A DNA stretch of 64,000 nt, from contig BDGG01000001.1 of the NCBI GenBank assembly GCA_001949185.1, positions 7,700,149 through 7,764,148 of the forward strand, given 5' to 3'. The notes under the pieces were generated by a model. That model searched no databases. It was not told the origin of the DNA and saw only the letters and a program-made list of their open reading frames with translations. The position numbers were made by a program, and so were the translations under genes. The DNA comes from Ramazzottius varieornatus (Eukaryota; Animalia; Tardigrada). Shown here piece after piece: positions 1 through 12,900 of this stretch. Each line of letters begins with the position of its first letter. Within the stretch, counting starts at the first letter, position 1.

Positions 1-2728
1 TGACCAATACCATAACGCAGCTGCATTTGGTCAACATGCGCTTCATCCCGCCGGATAACCTCCTACCTTTTGATCTCTTCAAAGGCCTTGACAAGGTTAG
101 ATGGAATTTTGACTTCTTCCGGCAGGCTTTTCGCCCCACAGTATCTACAAACCGGTTAAGTACACCGGTGACTGACCGGCGTTTGTTGACGGCGTCCGAA
201 GTTAATTACTGTAAATATTCGCTGCGTCCGCGCAGTACGTACACGTACGTGACGATGCACCCCTGTAGGGGGTTGTGTAATTCGTGAAAGTGGACCAGGG
301 CTGCACTTCACTTGTACGATGACGTACTGCGCGGACGCAGCGCAGTACGTCATCTTACAGTACCTGACAATGACAAATCGTAAAAACAATAAGCATCGAC
401 GTCCATTGCCGTAAAGCTCACGTCAAGTACTGCCTCATCAGTAATCGATCAAGATGCTTTGACCTACGATATAGTCAATAAAAATATCACAGACGCTAGA
501 CGGTGGGTCGCTATAGGTTCTTGACATCAACTAGCCGACCTGAAAAAGACAGTTGCTGTTATCCTTTCTGAAAAGCAGGCGTGAAAAACCAAGGGTACAT
601 TCAGTTTGTCCGTTCCTTTCTATCAAGTTTTACGGTCACGCGCACCTCAAAGTTTTTGGGTGGTATTTTTAGGTCGAGCGTCTGGCAATCTTTCATACCG
701 AACTTCCCCTCATCGAAGAAGGCTTCTTCGACGTCTTTCCCAGATTAAGCTGTCTAAAGCTTTACAATATCTCCATCCCCTGCATGTGTCCAATGAAGTG
801 GTTTCACGACTGGCTCCTCAGCAATCAGTTCACCATGATCTTCAACGGCGACATGGACTGTGGGCTGTACAGCACCAACTGTTACGGCAACGGCCTGGAC
901 GGCGTTTTCATCTTCAGTCCCGACGTCGACAGCACGCTGGCGGCTTGCGCATCCACACCTAAAATCAGTGCGAAAATGGGGGACTTTACGCTTCCAAGTA
1001 GCCTGACGGCAAGCGGCACCGGCCTTGACGACAGTTTCAAAGTTGGAGACGAAGAAAGAGCCGACAAGGTAAGCACAAGACTTTTGGGCGGCTGGCAAAT
1101 AGCTAAAAAACTTTTCCCAAACCTGCATACATATGATCCATTTGAGTAAATGGTCGGTCGTATGCTGGTGCATAATACCAGGCACGTACGCGTCAGTGCA
1201 CGAGTTAACGACAAACAAAAAGTCTCGCCCACCTGCATACACTTTGACTGCTATCTACCACACGCAGATTGGTGTGTATGTCTGGGAAAATCCTTGATCA
1301 TTGCCAATTCAGCAACTGATTTGTTCCGATATTCGATGGTGACTGCTCAACAGATGATGTACCAAGCGGAACGAAGATCCGACGTCCAGCAACTGGATCC
1401 AATCACCCTCGAGTGCAAACCAGAAGGCTTCCGCATCCTCATCCCGCTTCGGACCTCGCCCATCCGACGAGCCGAGTTCTGGAACCACGGACATGTACCG
1501 GCATGTTCAAGTGACAAGAACGAGGAAACAAGCGAACGGATGTTAGTACTCACCAGTAATTACTCATCCTGTGGGACCTTGCTAATGGAGGACGAGGAGA
1601 GTCTGATCTTCCAAAACGTTGTGGTTGTTCAGCACCCGGAAGCAGCGAACAACAGCAACGATCTCATCGAACGCGTGGAGTTCTCCATGATCCCTGTTGT
1701 CTGCAACTTCATGAGAGCGGACCAGTTCTCCTTCCTGCAAAGTACCGACTTACAACCGGCTTCAGTTAGGAGAATGAAGGATCCACTCAGCGGAAACAGC
1801 ACGGCCAAAGTCCGGTAAAGGAAACTTGTGATTAGCCCAGGCGAACTCGCGCACTTACCCGTAAAACCTAGAGTGAACCAAACATGACACTGGAGTTAGC
1901 AGCACGAGTTGATCTGGGCGGTTCAGCTTACGAGATGAAGCGTATTATTTAGGGCAACGTTTCGTTTCTTGCAGGATTGAAATCGTGAACGCCGTTGCTT
2001 CCGCCCTGAACAACGTCTTCTCTTTTGACATCTACGCGGAAGCAATAACCGACTTGCGGTTGTCGCTGATGGTGGAGACTTTGTACGCTACACCGACGGA
2101 CAATCGCACCGCCGAGAAGCGATACGACATTATTGTAGAAGGGTGAGAAGTAGAAAATCGAAAAGCGCTTTCCAGGAATAAAAAGGAGTTGAGCAAACAA
2201 ACTCGACGAGATTGTTTTTGTCAAGTGGCGTACGTTTTTGGTGTTATTGGCTGGAAGCGTGCGCCACTCCGAGAACGATCTGGACGTGTTCGTTTGAGGA
2301 GCTTCCACTAAGTGATTGACAAGACTATTTTCCGTTTCAGTTGCTCAAAAGACCTGACGCTGAAAGCCGCTCCTCTGAAAGACAAAGTGGGTTTTCGATT
2401 TACGATTAGCCCATTCAAGTTCCGCGGAGATGCCTCGAACGATGTTTACCTTCACGGTCACGCCCTTCTATGTAACAATGTCGATGAGAAATGCGAGTTT
2501 GTTTGCCCGTCACAGGCCCCAGCGCCTCGTCTCGGTAAGCAAGATTACTCCCACAGTCAGATAGTCCCACACTGAAAAACATACTGCACCATCAAAAGAA
2601 ACTTTTGTATATTTATCATAGCAGGGTATCCTTACGGGCGTTCACTGCACGCTTCCTCCTTCAATCTGGATCTCGTCAAGTATTCCAAAGATTCAGTTTT
2701 GAAATCGGCCGAGATGCTAAAACGCTAA
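1..2728 (+). CDS. Leucine-rich-repeat + zona pellucida (ZP) domain protein, 5' part outside window (exons approx <1-95, 673-1068, 1354-1814, 1975-2142, 2341-2534, 2625-2728)
   Basis: Spliced translation gives LRR-like ITQLHLVN..FKGLDK|VERLAIFHTELPLIEEGFFDVFPRLSCLKLYN and an LRRCT-like IPCMCPMKWFHDW, then ZP-N (ITLECKPEGFRI..YSSCGT..FQNVVV..IPVVCNF) and ZP-C (YATP..YDIIVEGCSKD..RFTISPFKF..VYLHGHALLC). GT-AG sites are phase compatible; the LRR-to-ZP join at 1068/1354 is the least certain. Confidence 0.7.
207..363. repeat. Nested inverted repeat/hairpin in an intron
   Basis: Perfect 15-bp stem 318-332/340-354 (GATGACGTACTGCGC); 220-240 is the exact reverse complement of 322-342. Confidence 0.7.
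2185..2306. repeat. Intronic palindromic element (AAGTGGCGCAC-N25-GTGCGCCACTT family)
   Basis: Core 2223-2269, spacer 25 bp; arms GCAAACAAACTCGAC../..GAGCTTCC. Confidence 0.85.
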
Positions 2729-2946
2729 TCGATCCACCCGCGAAATTCATTTTGATTTTCCTTCAACTCTGTGATACTTTTCTACAACAAACGAGAACAT
2801 AATCCCAGAATTTCATAGCTGTGGAAACTTCAATTTGGTCAGTTGAACAGAAGCTTGTAATTCAACAATGTTAGTAAAACATTCCGTAAAACGTTAAATT
2901 TGAAAGAATGAATGCACGAAAGAACAAAATTTCTGGCACAGAAGTC

Positions 2947-4338
2947 TCAACTTTCCATTGCGGAGACCGTTGCTTGTGCGTCTTCTGCCTCTGCCGCTCT
3001 TCCAGGAGCATATCTGCCGGCGTTCGAAGCCGAGCCAGCGGAAATCTCGCCTTCTTCGGTGTCCATGTTAGCAGCTGCCACCGACAAAGTTTCCGGTCCT
3101 TCTCCTTCTTTATGTTCCGAAGAAGCGTCCGTCGTAACTGCTTTTTCCTTCTCCAGTCTTCGTTGTGCACGCTTCTCTACAGCGCGTTTATGTTTGGCAG
3201 CGGCGTTCGCGATACGCTGAGGCGTTTGTGGCGGAGTTAGCATCTTCTTCAAGGCAGCCTTCCCGATCTTCGGTTCGGCGTCTGACCGAAAGAGCGTGAT
3301 GAAGACACCACCGGCAGTCCTCCGAGACTTCCCATCCTGCGAAAAGAAAAGATTGTCCATAAAGGAACCCCAAAGTGTCACCAAGGACCACGGCCCGGCT
3401 AATTCGGAATCACTGCATCACCTTGAACCATTCGGTTGACATCACACAGCATACCAACATAATAATGTTATGTGATGTCAGAGACATCACAACGAATCAC
3501 ATTCTGGTGACATCACGACAACAAGCAAGTTCACCGTACAAGTCGGCACCTTTCGTGACGTCACAGTGTAAAGAGCAAACTCTCTTACCTTCGTCAACAT
3601 TCCTCCGTTCTGCTCGATCGTCTTGGTCAGGCTCAGCAGTTTGCGAGCTTCAGAGTTTCCAAGGTGGCAGATGACTTGTGCTACAAAGAGAGAAACAACC
3701 ACTGTAACACTTCCTCGACGGAAAAGTTTAAAAGAGTAAAACTAACTGATAGACCAAGGGTTCTGTTTCTCCTTCAACTGGTGGACGGCTTTCCTGGCCG
3801 CCACATCCAGTCTATCCTCATCGGTGATCTCACTATTCAGATCAGGGTACGTCGTAAACATCTGCGTCTTCTCTCCACCCTTCCAGTTTGCAGAACGTTT
3901 TGGTTTCGGAACGAGATGGTTCTTTCTCTTCCCACAGATGCCCGCCGATGTCGACGCACTTGCGTCGCCACTTCCATTCCGTCGTTTCTCTGGAGCCCAT
4001 TTCTTGACTGTACTCCCTACAGAGCTGGTTAGGAATGGCTGCAAGGAATTCGAGGGAGCGTCTAAGTCGACGAAGCCAGCTGGTTTGGGAACGCGCACTT
4101 CGGTTGTGGTGACTTTGGCGAGGGAATCGACGAGAGCATTCTCGACGACGACGTCCTTCCAAGCGTTTCCACGCTTTCGTTTAGTCATTATCGAGACCTG
4201 GGCAGGGTTTTCGGGGTTGGAGAGCGTGCCTTTCTTGTGCATCTCTTCATCCTGGACTTCGCCGTCTTCGCTGTCGCTTTCCGAGTCGCTCTGCGTGACA
4301 TTCGTCTTGCGAGGCTGACGCAACTTTGACTCCTCCAT
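2947..4338 (-). CDS. PHAX: Phosphorylated adapter RNA export protein (multi-exon)
   Basis: Acidic Ser-rich N-terminus (SDSESDSEDGE), TIEQNGGMLTK exon and DGKSRRTAGGVFITLF, matching the PHAX RNA-binding domain motif (RRTPGGVFL). Confidence 0.85.
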
Positions 4339-5251
4339 TCTGTTGCTGTGGACGAAGCAGCAAGGTTGGAACAGCTGATGTCGATTCCTTAAGCTTAATG
4401 ACACAGATATCTGCTTCGGATTACCGTGGAGGAGCTCCAAGGAAGCAAAGACAAGAAACTAAGAGGTTGCACTTCGCAGAAAATTTTGAGAGAAGTGATT
4501 CAAGCCAAGGGAGAACGGAAAATTTTCGGTTGTGATCCCCCTGGGGAATTCTCGAAGAAATTTCAAAATAAGAGTGGGACTGTGGGAGTGCTTTCGTGAT
4601 CAACCATGTGGCCTGCTTTAACCGGACTTCTATCCAGTCCAATAAGAAAATGCTGGCCCATGGTGTGTCATAATGAGTACCCCCTGGCTTGTGACCGCAA
4701 TTTCTAATTTCCCAAAACAACCCAGAAAAGTTTCAACAGGATTACAGGATTCAGGACCAACAGGTCCAACGCGCGCACGGATAACTTCCTCCAGAACCCA
4801 GACACTGCTTCTGTCAGGAGTTTCAGGACTGATTAGTATTCCTGATATGTACCCATATCGCTGATTGTATGGTCGGATCATCATTAGGGTACTACTCCGG
4901 ATATCAGCAACTTTCGGGAGACACTCGACCTTCTGGAAGTGATTCTCACAACATCCAATTCCCAGCACAAGCTACGTGCTCGTCTGGGGCATCAGATACT
5001 ATCTCGCATTTCTTACTCCTTAGATCGGAAGTATCCTCAGGAGTTCGGCGTTGCTAGTTGCTGACTGTCACACATTTTCAACAAAGAAAATTGTATGACA
5101 CAACCATCGCACTCAGTCGCAGCACTTTTTGTATTACTCATCACAGTTATTCAGGCTGAGTGTTTGTCCTTGCAGATTCCCTGGTAGACATATGGCTTGA
5201 AGTTGATCCAGCCGTCTATTTACACACGTTGGAAAAGACAGGTGAAGAGAC

Positions 5252-8200
5252 ATGGAAGGAAGGACGGCCAGCGTGTCCGCGATGGAAGACGCGCGGAACA
5301 TCGCTCGGGAACCCCACTACGACGACTGCATAAAGATTTACGGAGCCTACCACACTATCCATCCCCTCAAACCACGCTGCGAGTTCCACCGCCAAACTCC
5401 TTCGTGGGTCATCCGTCATATCCTTCCATGCATTGCGTGGATACAGAGCTACCGGTGGGTGTTCCTGGAGTACGATATCCTGGCTGGTTTGACGGTGGGC
5501 TTGACTGTCATTCCACAGTCGCTTGCTTATGCATCTATCGCTGAACTTCCAGTCCAGGTGAGAAAATATTCGTCGATCGCTTCCCGTGATTAATCGTGGT
5601 TTTTAATGATCGTGGTTTTTAATCGAGGTTTTTAATACTTATTTCTTGTTTAACTCGAGTCGACAAGATCGTCTGATCGTTTACCTGAGTAGCGCGTGTC
5701 TTCATTGTAACTGACCAGGAGCATGCGCCACTTCGAGAAACGAATCTTGTCGAGTTAGCTACTTTAAGTGGCGTACGTGTCGAGTTGATTACACTGACAG
5801 TGTGCGCCACTTGGGAAAGCGATCTTGCACCCAGTCTACGGCAGGTTGTTTTTCTTGTAGTATGGACTGTACACAGCGTTAGTGGCTCCCTTCATCTACG
5901 CGTTCTTGGGGACATCGAAAGATGTGTCTTTAGGTCCGACCACCGTCATGGCGCTGCTGGTGGCGCAGAAGACCACACAGTATCCACCGGAAATGGCGGT
6001 GACGGTTGCCGTCATGCTGACTTTTTACTCGGGATTTGTACAGGCCTTCATGGGCTTGTTTCATCTAGGTAGATATTCCATCCAGATTTCGAAACGATAT
6101 CTATATTGGAGGGTTTTATGGAAGAATTGTTCTGGATGTTCTTCCAGGTTTCTTCGTCGACTTCATTTCCCTCTCAGTTTCCAAAGCATTCATCGCAGCT
6201 GCCGCAGTGATAATTTCTGCCCAACAGTTGAAGGGGCTTCTAGGGTTGACGATACCAACGGACCATTTTGTAGTCGTTCTGTACGATACTTTCGCAGACA
6301 TAAGGCAAACCAAGTAAGATCACCAACCTGTTGCATCTGACGTGTTCTGTTTGCGACTTTGCGCTTCTGGTTGTGTAAATGATTATTTTGCTCCTTTAGC
6401 TATTGGGATTTGATACTGGGGCTTTCCTGCATCATCTTGATAATATGTCTCAGCTGTACAACTCCAAAGCCGGGCTTTATCCAAACGCGGTGGTATGACA
6501 AAGTGGTCTACCAAATTCTTCGTCTATCGTCAAACGGTTAGTACAGTATCCGTACTGAATTTATTTTCATCAGGGATATTGTTGTTTTCTTTCCTTGTTT
6601 TGACTTTCGTTTTAAGTTTCTCAGTTCTGAATCGAGACGTAGGCAAACAAACTCGACAAGATAGCTTTTCCAAAGCGGCGCAGACGTTCAGACAATAACC
6701 CTAAAGTGCGCTACCTGGTAAAATATACTTGACAAGAAGATTGTTCTTCCAAGTAGCGCACGTTTGCAACCAGTAACGCCGAACGCATGCGCCACTTGGG
6801 AACACCATCTTGTCGAGTTTGTTTGCCGAGGTCCTGAGTTGATTTTGTTCACTTTTTGATTTCTTGACGTTCGATTTCTTCTTTTCAGCGAAGTTCGCGA
6901 TCGCCATTGGGGCAGCTGGTGCAGTTGAAGCTGCCCTTCTCAGCCAAAACATTGACGTTCTTTCTCTCCCTCAACATGTGAAGCCTGGATTTCCTCCGAT
7001 GGGTCCACCCAAATTCCACGTGGGTAACCAGACAGACTGGCAAACCTTCAAGTCGCTAGGCTCGAGCTTGGTAGTAGTCCCACTCATCGGCTTGCTCGAG
7101 TTGGCAACCATCGCCAAGAGCTTCGCGCAAGAGAACCAGTATACGGTCAACTCATCCGCCGAGTTCCGCGCAGTCGGCATTGCCAACATTGTTTCCTCCT
7201 TCTTCTCCAGTTACCCTGTCACGGCGAGCTTCTCCAGAAGCGCACTGAACTCGCAGTGCGGGGTGAAAACTCCTGCCGCCAGTCTCTTAACAGGTCCGTC
7301 TGTTTTAAATTTTTCCAATTCGGACGATTTTCTGTCTGAACATACACCAATGCAACTTTGTCAAAGCTTTTCGAAGAGAAAAAGTCGGAGTGTTTTCATC
7401 ACCACAGTCATTGTTACTATTTCGTGCTTTAAGTGTTCTAGCTTCAGATTCTACACAGTTTCTTGGGTTTCTACCATGCAAGCTTGCGTACGGTTTCTGT
7501 GGTATGTTTCCACATCTTATCTTCTTTAGGTTTATTGGTCGTTCTCGCAACGTTGTTCCTGACACAATGGCTGCACTACGTTCCTACCGCTTCTCTCGCA
7601 GCCGTCATCATCTGCGCCGTTCTTCCCAGCATCGACTTTAGCATCGTCGGCAACATGTGGAAGGTTCGCAAGGGCGATCTTCTGCCCTTCTTCGTCACGC
7701 TGATCGCCTGCTTCGTCTTGAACATCGAATGGGGCGTCCTCATCGGCGTCTTCATCTCGGTGGCTCTTATCCTCTTCCCCATCGCTCGTCCCACGGTCGC
7801 TGTCTACCACAACGGCACCGAGCTGATCGTCACACCTTATGGTAACGTCCACTTTCCGGCCATCGGCTACATGCGGAAGCTGATCATCCAACACATGGAA
7901 CAAACGGTAATCAAAGGGAAATCAATTGAGTAGAATTGGGACGTCGGCAAATAACATGAATGTAATCGTTTTCTCAAGTGACGCACGGGTCCTTTTTTAT
8001 TGGCCGCAAGTGTGCACCACTTTGGAAAACGATCAGGTTCAAGTCATTGGCAGACGTCCCAATTGTTCACCAGGCGCACAATTTAACTCAGTGAAGATGC
8101 TTTCGGTATTTTTGGAGATATAAAAAATTCTGGAAATCCGCCATTTGGAAGGCTGGCAAACGAAACATCCAAGATTATCCTTTCAAGTGACGCACGCGTC

Positions 8201-8593
8201 CAGGCAATAATATGGAAGCGTGCGCCACTTAGATAAAAATCTTCTACGTGTCGTTGGCTGACCGCGGTTTGCTTTTCTGTTCGGCGTCAACTGACCAGAG
8301 CAGAAGGGGAAAATGGTAATTTACTGTGAAGTATGTATGGATGGTTGTTTCAGGTGAACGGACCAGGAAGAATCGTGATAGATGGAAGCCACTGGACAGA
8401 CTTGGACTACACCGTGGCGGCGCGGATGCGCGACGTGATCAACGAAGTGCAGAACATGGGCTGGGATATCAGCTTCACCGAGATGAGCGAGATGGTGTCG
8501 GGGACTTTCGACACACCGGCGCCAAGACTGAGGCCCAGAAGGGCAGGTTCTCAGGATTCTGTGATTTCAAACAGGTCCACGGTCTTAGCTTGA
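5252..8593 (+). CDS. SLC26/SulP sulfate-anion transporter (SLC26A11-like), multi-exon
   Basis: DILAGLTVGLTVIPQSLAYASIAELP, YAFLGTSKDVSLGPT, SSYPVTASFSRSALNSQCGVKTP, STAS-like IVIDGSHWTDLDYT. Confidence 0.93.
5652..5829. repeat. Intronic palindromic element, double core
   Basis: Second core 5766-5812, spacer 25 bp; SLC26 intron 1. Confidence 0.85.
6641..6831. repeat. Intronic palindromic element, double core
   Basis: Arms GGCAAACAAACTCGACAAGAT / ATCTTGTCGAGTTTGTTTGCC; core 6751-6797, spacer 25 bp. Confidence 0.9.
7937..8061. repeat. Intronic palindromic element
   Basis: Core 7976-8022, spacer 25 bp. Confidence 0.8.
8152..8262. repeat. Intronic palindromic element
   Basis: AAGTGACGCAC-N24-GTGCGCCACTT. 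Confidence 0.8.
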
Positions 8594-9911
8594 GTCCACA
8601 ATACAGTAGCTGTGATTGTCAATGACCGATCAAAACTGGCGCGTTAGAAGAAACCATCAACGATCTTTCTTGAAAACGCACTCGTTCCGGAACGAGACAC
8701 TATTTGTTGCTGTTTATTCGCAGCAAACAGAAACTGTGATTTTTCTATCAGATGAATTTCACTTGCTAAATCCTGCTTTCGAAATGAAAATATATTCTGT
8801 ATTAATTTTTTACAAGAACTATTCGATTAAAAATGATTCCTCTGGTTCTCGACATGCACTTACTGTAGGATAAATTTCACATATCAGAACGTTCTTGACA
8901 TTTCTGAGACATCTGGGAGTCTTTCTGGCTTGGGGAAGTGCAAGTTGTGTCGAAAAGTTTACACAGAGAAATTTCTGGGCAGAATGCGCCAGCTCAATGG
9001 GGTACTGAGAGGAGGCCGCGCCACTTCGTCAAAAAATTGGATACATTCGCTTCAGGCTAAGTAAGTGCCTAATAACAGGCAAAAGTCTGTTATTCGACAA
9101 TCAGACTTAATTCAGTGTCTCTTCAGTCTTGTGTTACAGCCTACAGGTGAAGACAGTCGTCGACGAGAGGTACACATGAGAGATCGGTAGGAGGCTGCAT
9201 GTTGAAGGGAACCGGTTCCGACCATGCGTCGAGCTCTTGGATCGCATCACTGCGTTCTGAGTTAACTTAGCGGTCAAAGTGGAAGTTGGTCTCGAGTCTT
9301 TCATTTCCTTCGTGAATTCGCTCGCAATAACGCACGTAGTGCCGCAGTGTACAAACATGAAATGGTCTTTTCCGCCAGTAGTTACACCTGTTTGCCGATA
9401 CTTACGATTTTAGCTGTTAACCCACATTGATTACGCCAGGCACGCGATTGTCGTGGTAAATTCGTACGAACGTACCTGTATCAACCTGCGTGTTTCGGCT
9501 TGTTCCATGAAACAAGCAAGACGCTCGTGCTCGTAATTACCGAGCACTTTAATACCTTTTGAGATTTCCGCTAATCGATATGAATCCTGCGTGAAGAGTG
9601 TTTCCGTCGCGCCTCTTCCTGTTTCCCGTTTTGACTGGATGGATTTATCCATGTCAAGCTGATATTTTTTGCGGTGAATCTATTATAAGCGATCATTAGC
9701 AGGTCGATCGATGATTGTGCTTCCTTATCTTAACTCACGTTCGTGACTTCTGCCACTGCCAGCTCAGTTTGCCGACTGTTGCGTCCGAAATAAGCTGTGC
9801 ACGTGGATATATTACGCCGTTGTTATTATTTCCAGCGATGGATTAAGTTTGAATATCTTACTGACATATTTTCTCGTTGCGGGTCGCGAAGAGGATTGAA
9901 ATTCCCCGTAC

Positions 9912-12900
9912 ATGATGGATGCTTCAGAGTTGGTTTTCCAAAACGACCAGCCTCTTCCCATGCGTTCCACTTTACTACCGACCTTTTCCGTCAGTGTGAT
10001 GGACAAGACGGAGAAGGTGGGGGAGAAAACTTACTTTTTCATCAGTGTACAAAAGGTACGTTCTTAATTGACGGTATTATCAATGTTTATTCATCATGCA
10101 TTGCTTACGAAAGCGTATGCATGATGACACAGTGCTGTTTGTTTGCAGCTGTTGTATGGAGATTTGCAGGATGAAAGCGAGATCAGGCGTTCCATCGAGG
10201 ACTTCCGGTCACTGGACCGTCGCATCCGCGTGGAAATCAGTGAAAACATGCCGGGCATCATCGTAAGTTCAAGCGTAGCCATATTTTAGGAAAAACAACA
10301 TCAGTTCTCAAAGTCAGAATATCGTTTAAGCATCAAGCATCGAAAATGCCTTTTTTGGGAGGGAAGACAAAGGAAGGCTTGGGCCGTTTGACCACCATGA
10401 CGAGCGCTACAGTGGCAGCAAATGAACTGCCACACTACACTACATTGCCCGTCATGGCACACTATACAGTGTTCCGACTAGACAAGCTGGGCTTGGACTG
10501 CTGCCTTTGAAGTTTATAGGTTCTCCTGATTAATTCCTGATGTTTTCCTCTCTTCTTCTGACAGGCTCCTCGGTTATCCAACAGAGAAACGACACTAACG
10601 GAGGACATTCCGGACAATCATGCTCGGTTCATGGGAAAGTACGCGTCCGAGCGGATCATATTGCAAAGGTACGACGTCGTCCAGTTTCTGTCCTGATTTT
10701 GCTCTGTAAAGAGTTGGCTCTGAGCTTTTCCTTTCGTTTCTTACAGGTATCTCATCACGGTCCTCGCTCATCCGTATATCGGACAACACAAGCTCACTTC
10801 GGACTTCCTCACATCGCCAGAGGTGAGACGAGATAGTCTGGACTCAGTCCGGTCCTTCTGTATTTAGGACCCAGATCGTTGTCTCAATTGGCGCACGGTT
10901 TCGTTTTTATTCGCGGAGAGAGTGCGTCACTAGGGAAGACGATCTGGCTGAATGCATTTGCCGAATGCTGATATCGATTCCTTCTGCGCTAAAACTACAG
11001 CTAAAGGTATCTGTTTTCCAGTCTTCCGTCGTCAACTACAAGTTCAGCCTCGGTAGAAGAATGACCGGAGCTTTCGAAGATCTATGGGGAAGTAGCTACA
11101 CAGACCCCGATCCATACTTCGAGGAGCGGAAGCAGAAGATGGCGGCATACAGCGGAACTGTAACCGAGTTCGCAAATGTGAGTTTGTCACACATTCGCAG
11201 TCAAGCTTATTGTGACTTCCCACTGTTGAACTCTAGGCATTCTCCCTCCAAAACATTAACAAGAAAAGTAAGTTCCACTGCTCCACTCTTTCGGAAGAAT
11301 TTTCGCGCAAGCTCGAAATGCCTGTTTTGTAGATTTGTCGTCGACCTTGGCACTTCTCTCCCATTCCCTGGAAAGCAATGGACATCCGAAAGATTCTCTT
11401 CTAAAGTAGGTGGCTCTTTTCCTTTCGATTGTACTTGTTGCTGTGATCGAGAAGGTTTGTTTTAGGCTGTGGAACATAGCTGCAGAAGTCATCAAGCAAG
11501 AAGAGGTCTGTCCTGATCTCTCTAAAGTACAGGAGAACGGACCACTAACAGCCTTCTTGCAGTACGGCTGGCATCTGGCCTACTGGAACGGCGAACTCAC
11601 CTTAGGAACCTTCCTCAAGCACCACATTGCTCAAATGGACTCTTTCAAAGTACGTAAGTACAGTTTAAAAAAGGACAACAAAGGTGCCACTCGACAAACA
11701 AATTCCACAAGACTCGTTTCCAAGTGGCGCATAGTGTCATACAATAACACTGGATTCATGCGCCACTTGCAGAAAACGATCTTGTCGAACTGGCTTTTCC
11801 CAAGTGACGCACGCTTCCGGCCATGCGCCACTTTGGGAACGTTCCTAGACTTGTAGAGGTCTTGAGTTACAATTTTCCATTGCATGACGTCAGAAAACTC
11901 CTTCTTTAGACGCCATGCGGCAACCACAGAAAGAATCAGAACCGCAACTATAGTTTCTTTCCTGCGCCCTTGTCTCTGGGGCTTTCTGATTGTTGTTTTT
12001 CCTTGTTGACTTTAGGACATGATGCAACGGCGCACCAGTCTACTGCAAGAACTCGATAACGCAAAGAAGACCTCGGAGAAGGCCAAGCCTCCAAAGAAAG
12101 AAGCGGTAAGAGCGCTATAATAGTATTTCCTAGCCTCCAGCAGACTTTCATGATTACCGAGTCGTACGAAGGACTCTTTACGGCAAAGGCACGAAAAGTG
12201 CTTGCGTAATTCTGAGCAATGATTTGAAGTGCACACAAAAGGAAGAGGGAGAAGGATCGAAGCGGTGTTCCCTTGAGGATACTTAACAGCCTCTTTTGCC
12301 TCCTCAATGGTGTTTACCCACTGGGTGAAGGAGGTAATCAAACAGACAAGGCGGCTCTTCTCGGCACTCTTCCCATTCCTTCTTTTTGTCGAAATGGTTA
12401 ATACTAAGGTTTCGTGGTAGTAAAGTCTTTGCGATCTGACTTGGTTGCGTGAGAGGAGAAGATTGAGTAGGGTATGAAATCGGCCCTGACGGGTGCATTC
12501 AGTGAAGCACGCACAACTGCTCCTTCCCACCATGATGAAGGGTTGCGCCAGAAAGGAAGACCGAACGCCTTCTGTTAAGTCGAGGCAAATAGCGGACAGA
12601 CTGGCGCGTTTCCCATCAAAAGTCTTTGAAGCAAACGAAATTTCCGGGCGAAGTCAAACGCGGATAATGCGCCAGTGCTGTGAAGCGAACCCGGAAGACA
12701 CCCTTCCCGGGTTAAAATCACGTCTTGAAACCATGCTTCGTCCCGTGATAGAGCATGGGTTTTCCCTGCGTCGTCAAATAGGGCAGTCACTCAGCCCACC
12801 CAGTCTGAACTGGACACATAAAGTCCCAGTTCTGTAATGCAGTGCTAACGTGACAAAGCATGGCTTCTTGGCGAATTTTGGCTCGGGCCGAGAATTTAGC

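Noticed and set aside
9134-9652. Two minus-strand ORFs between SLC26 and the sorting nexin
   Set aside because: The obvious splice join gives an immediate stop; no homology recognised
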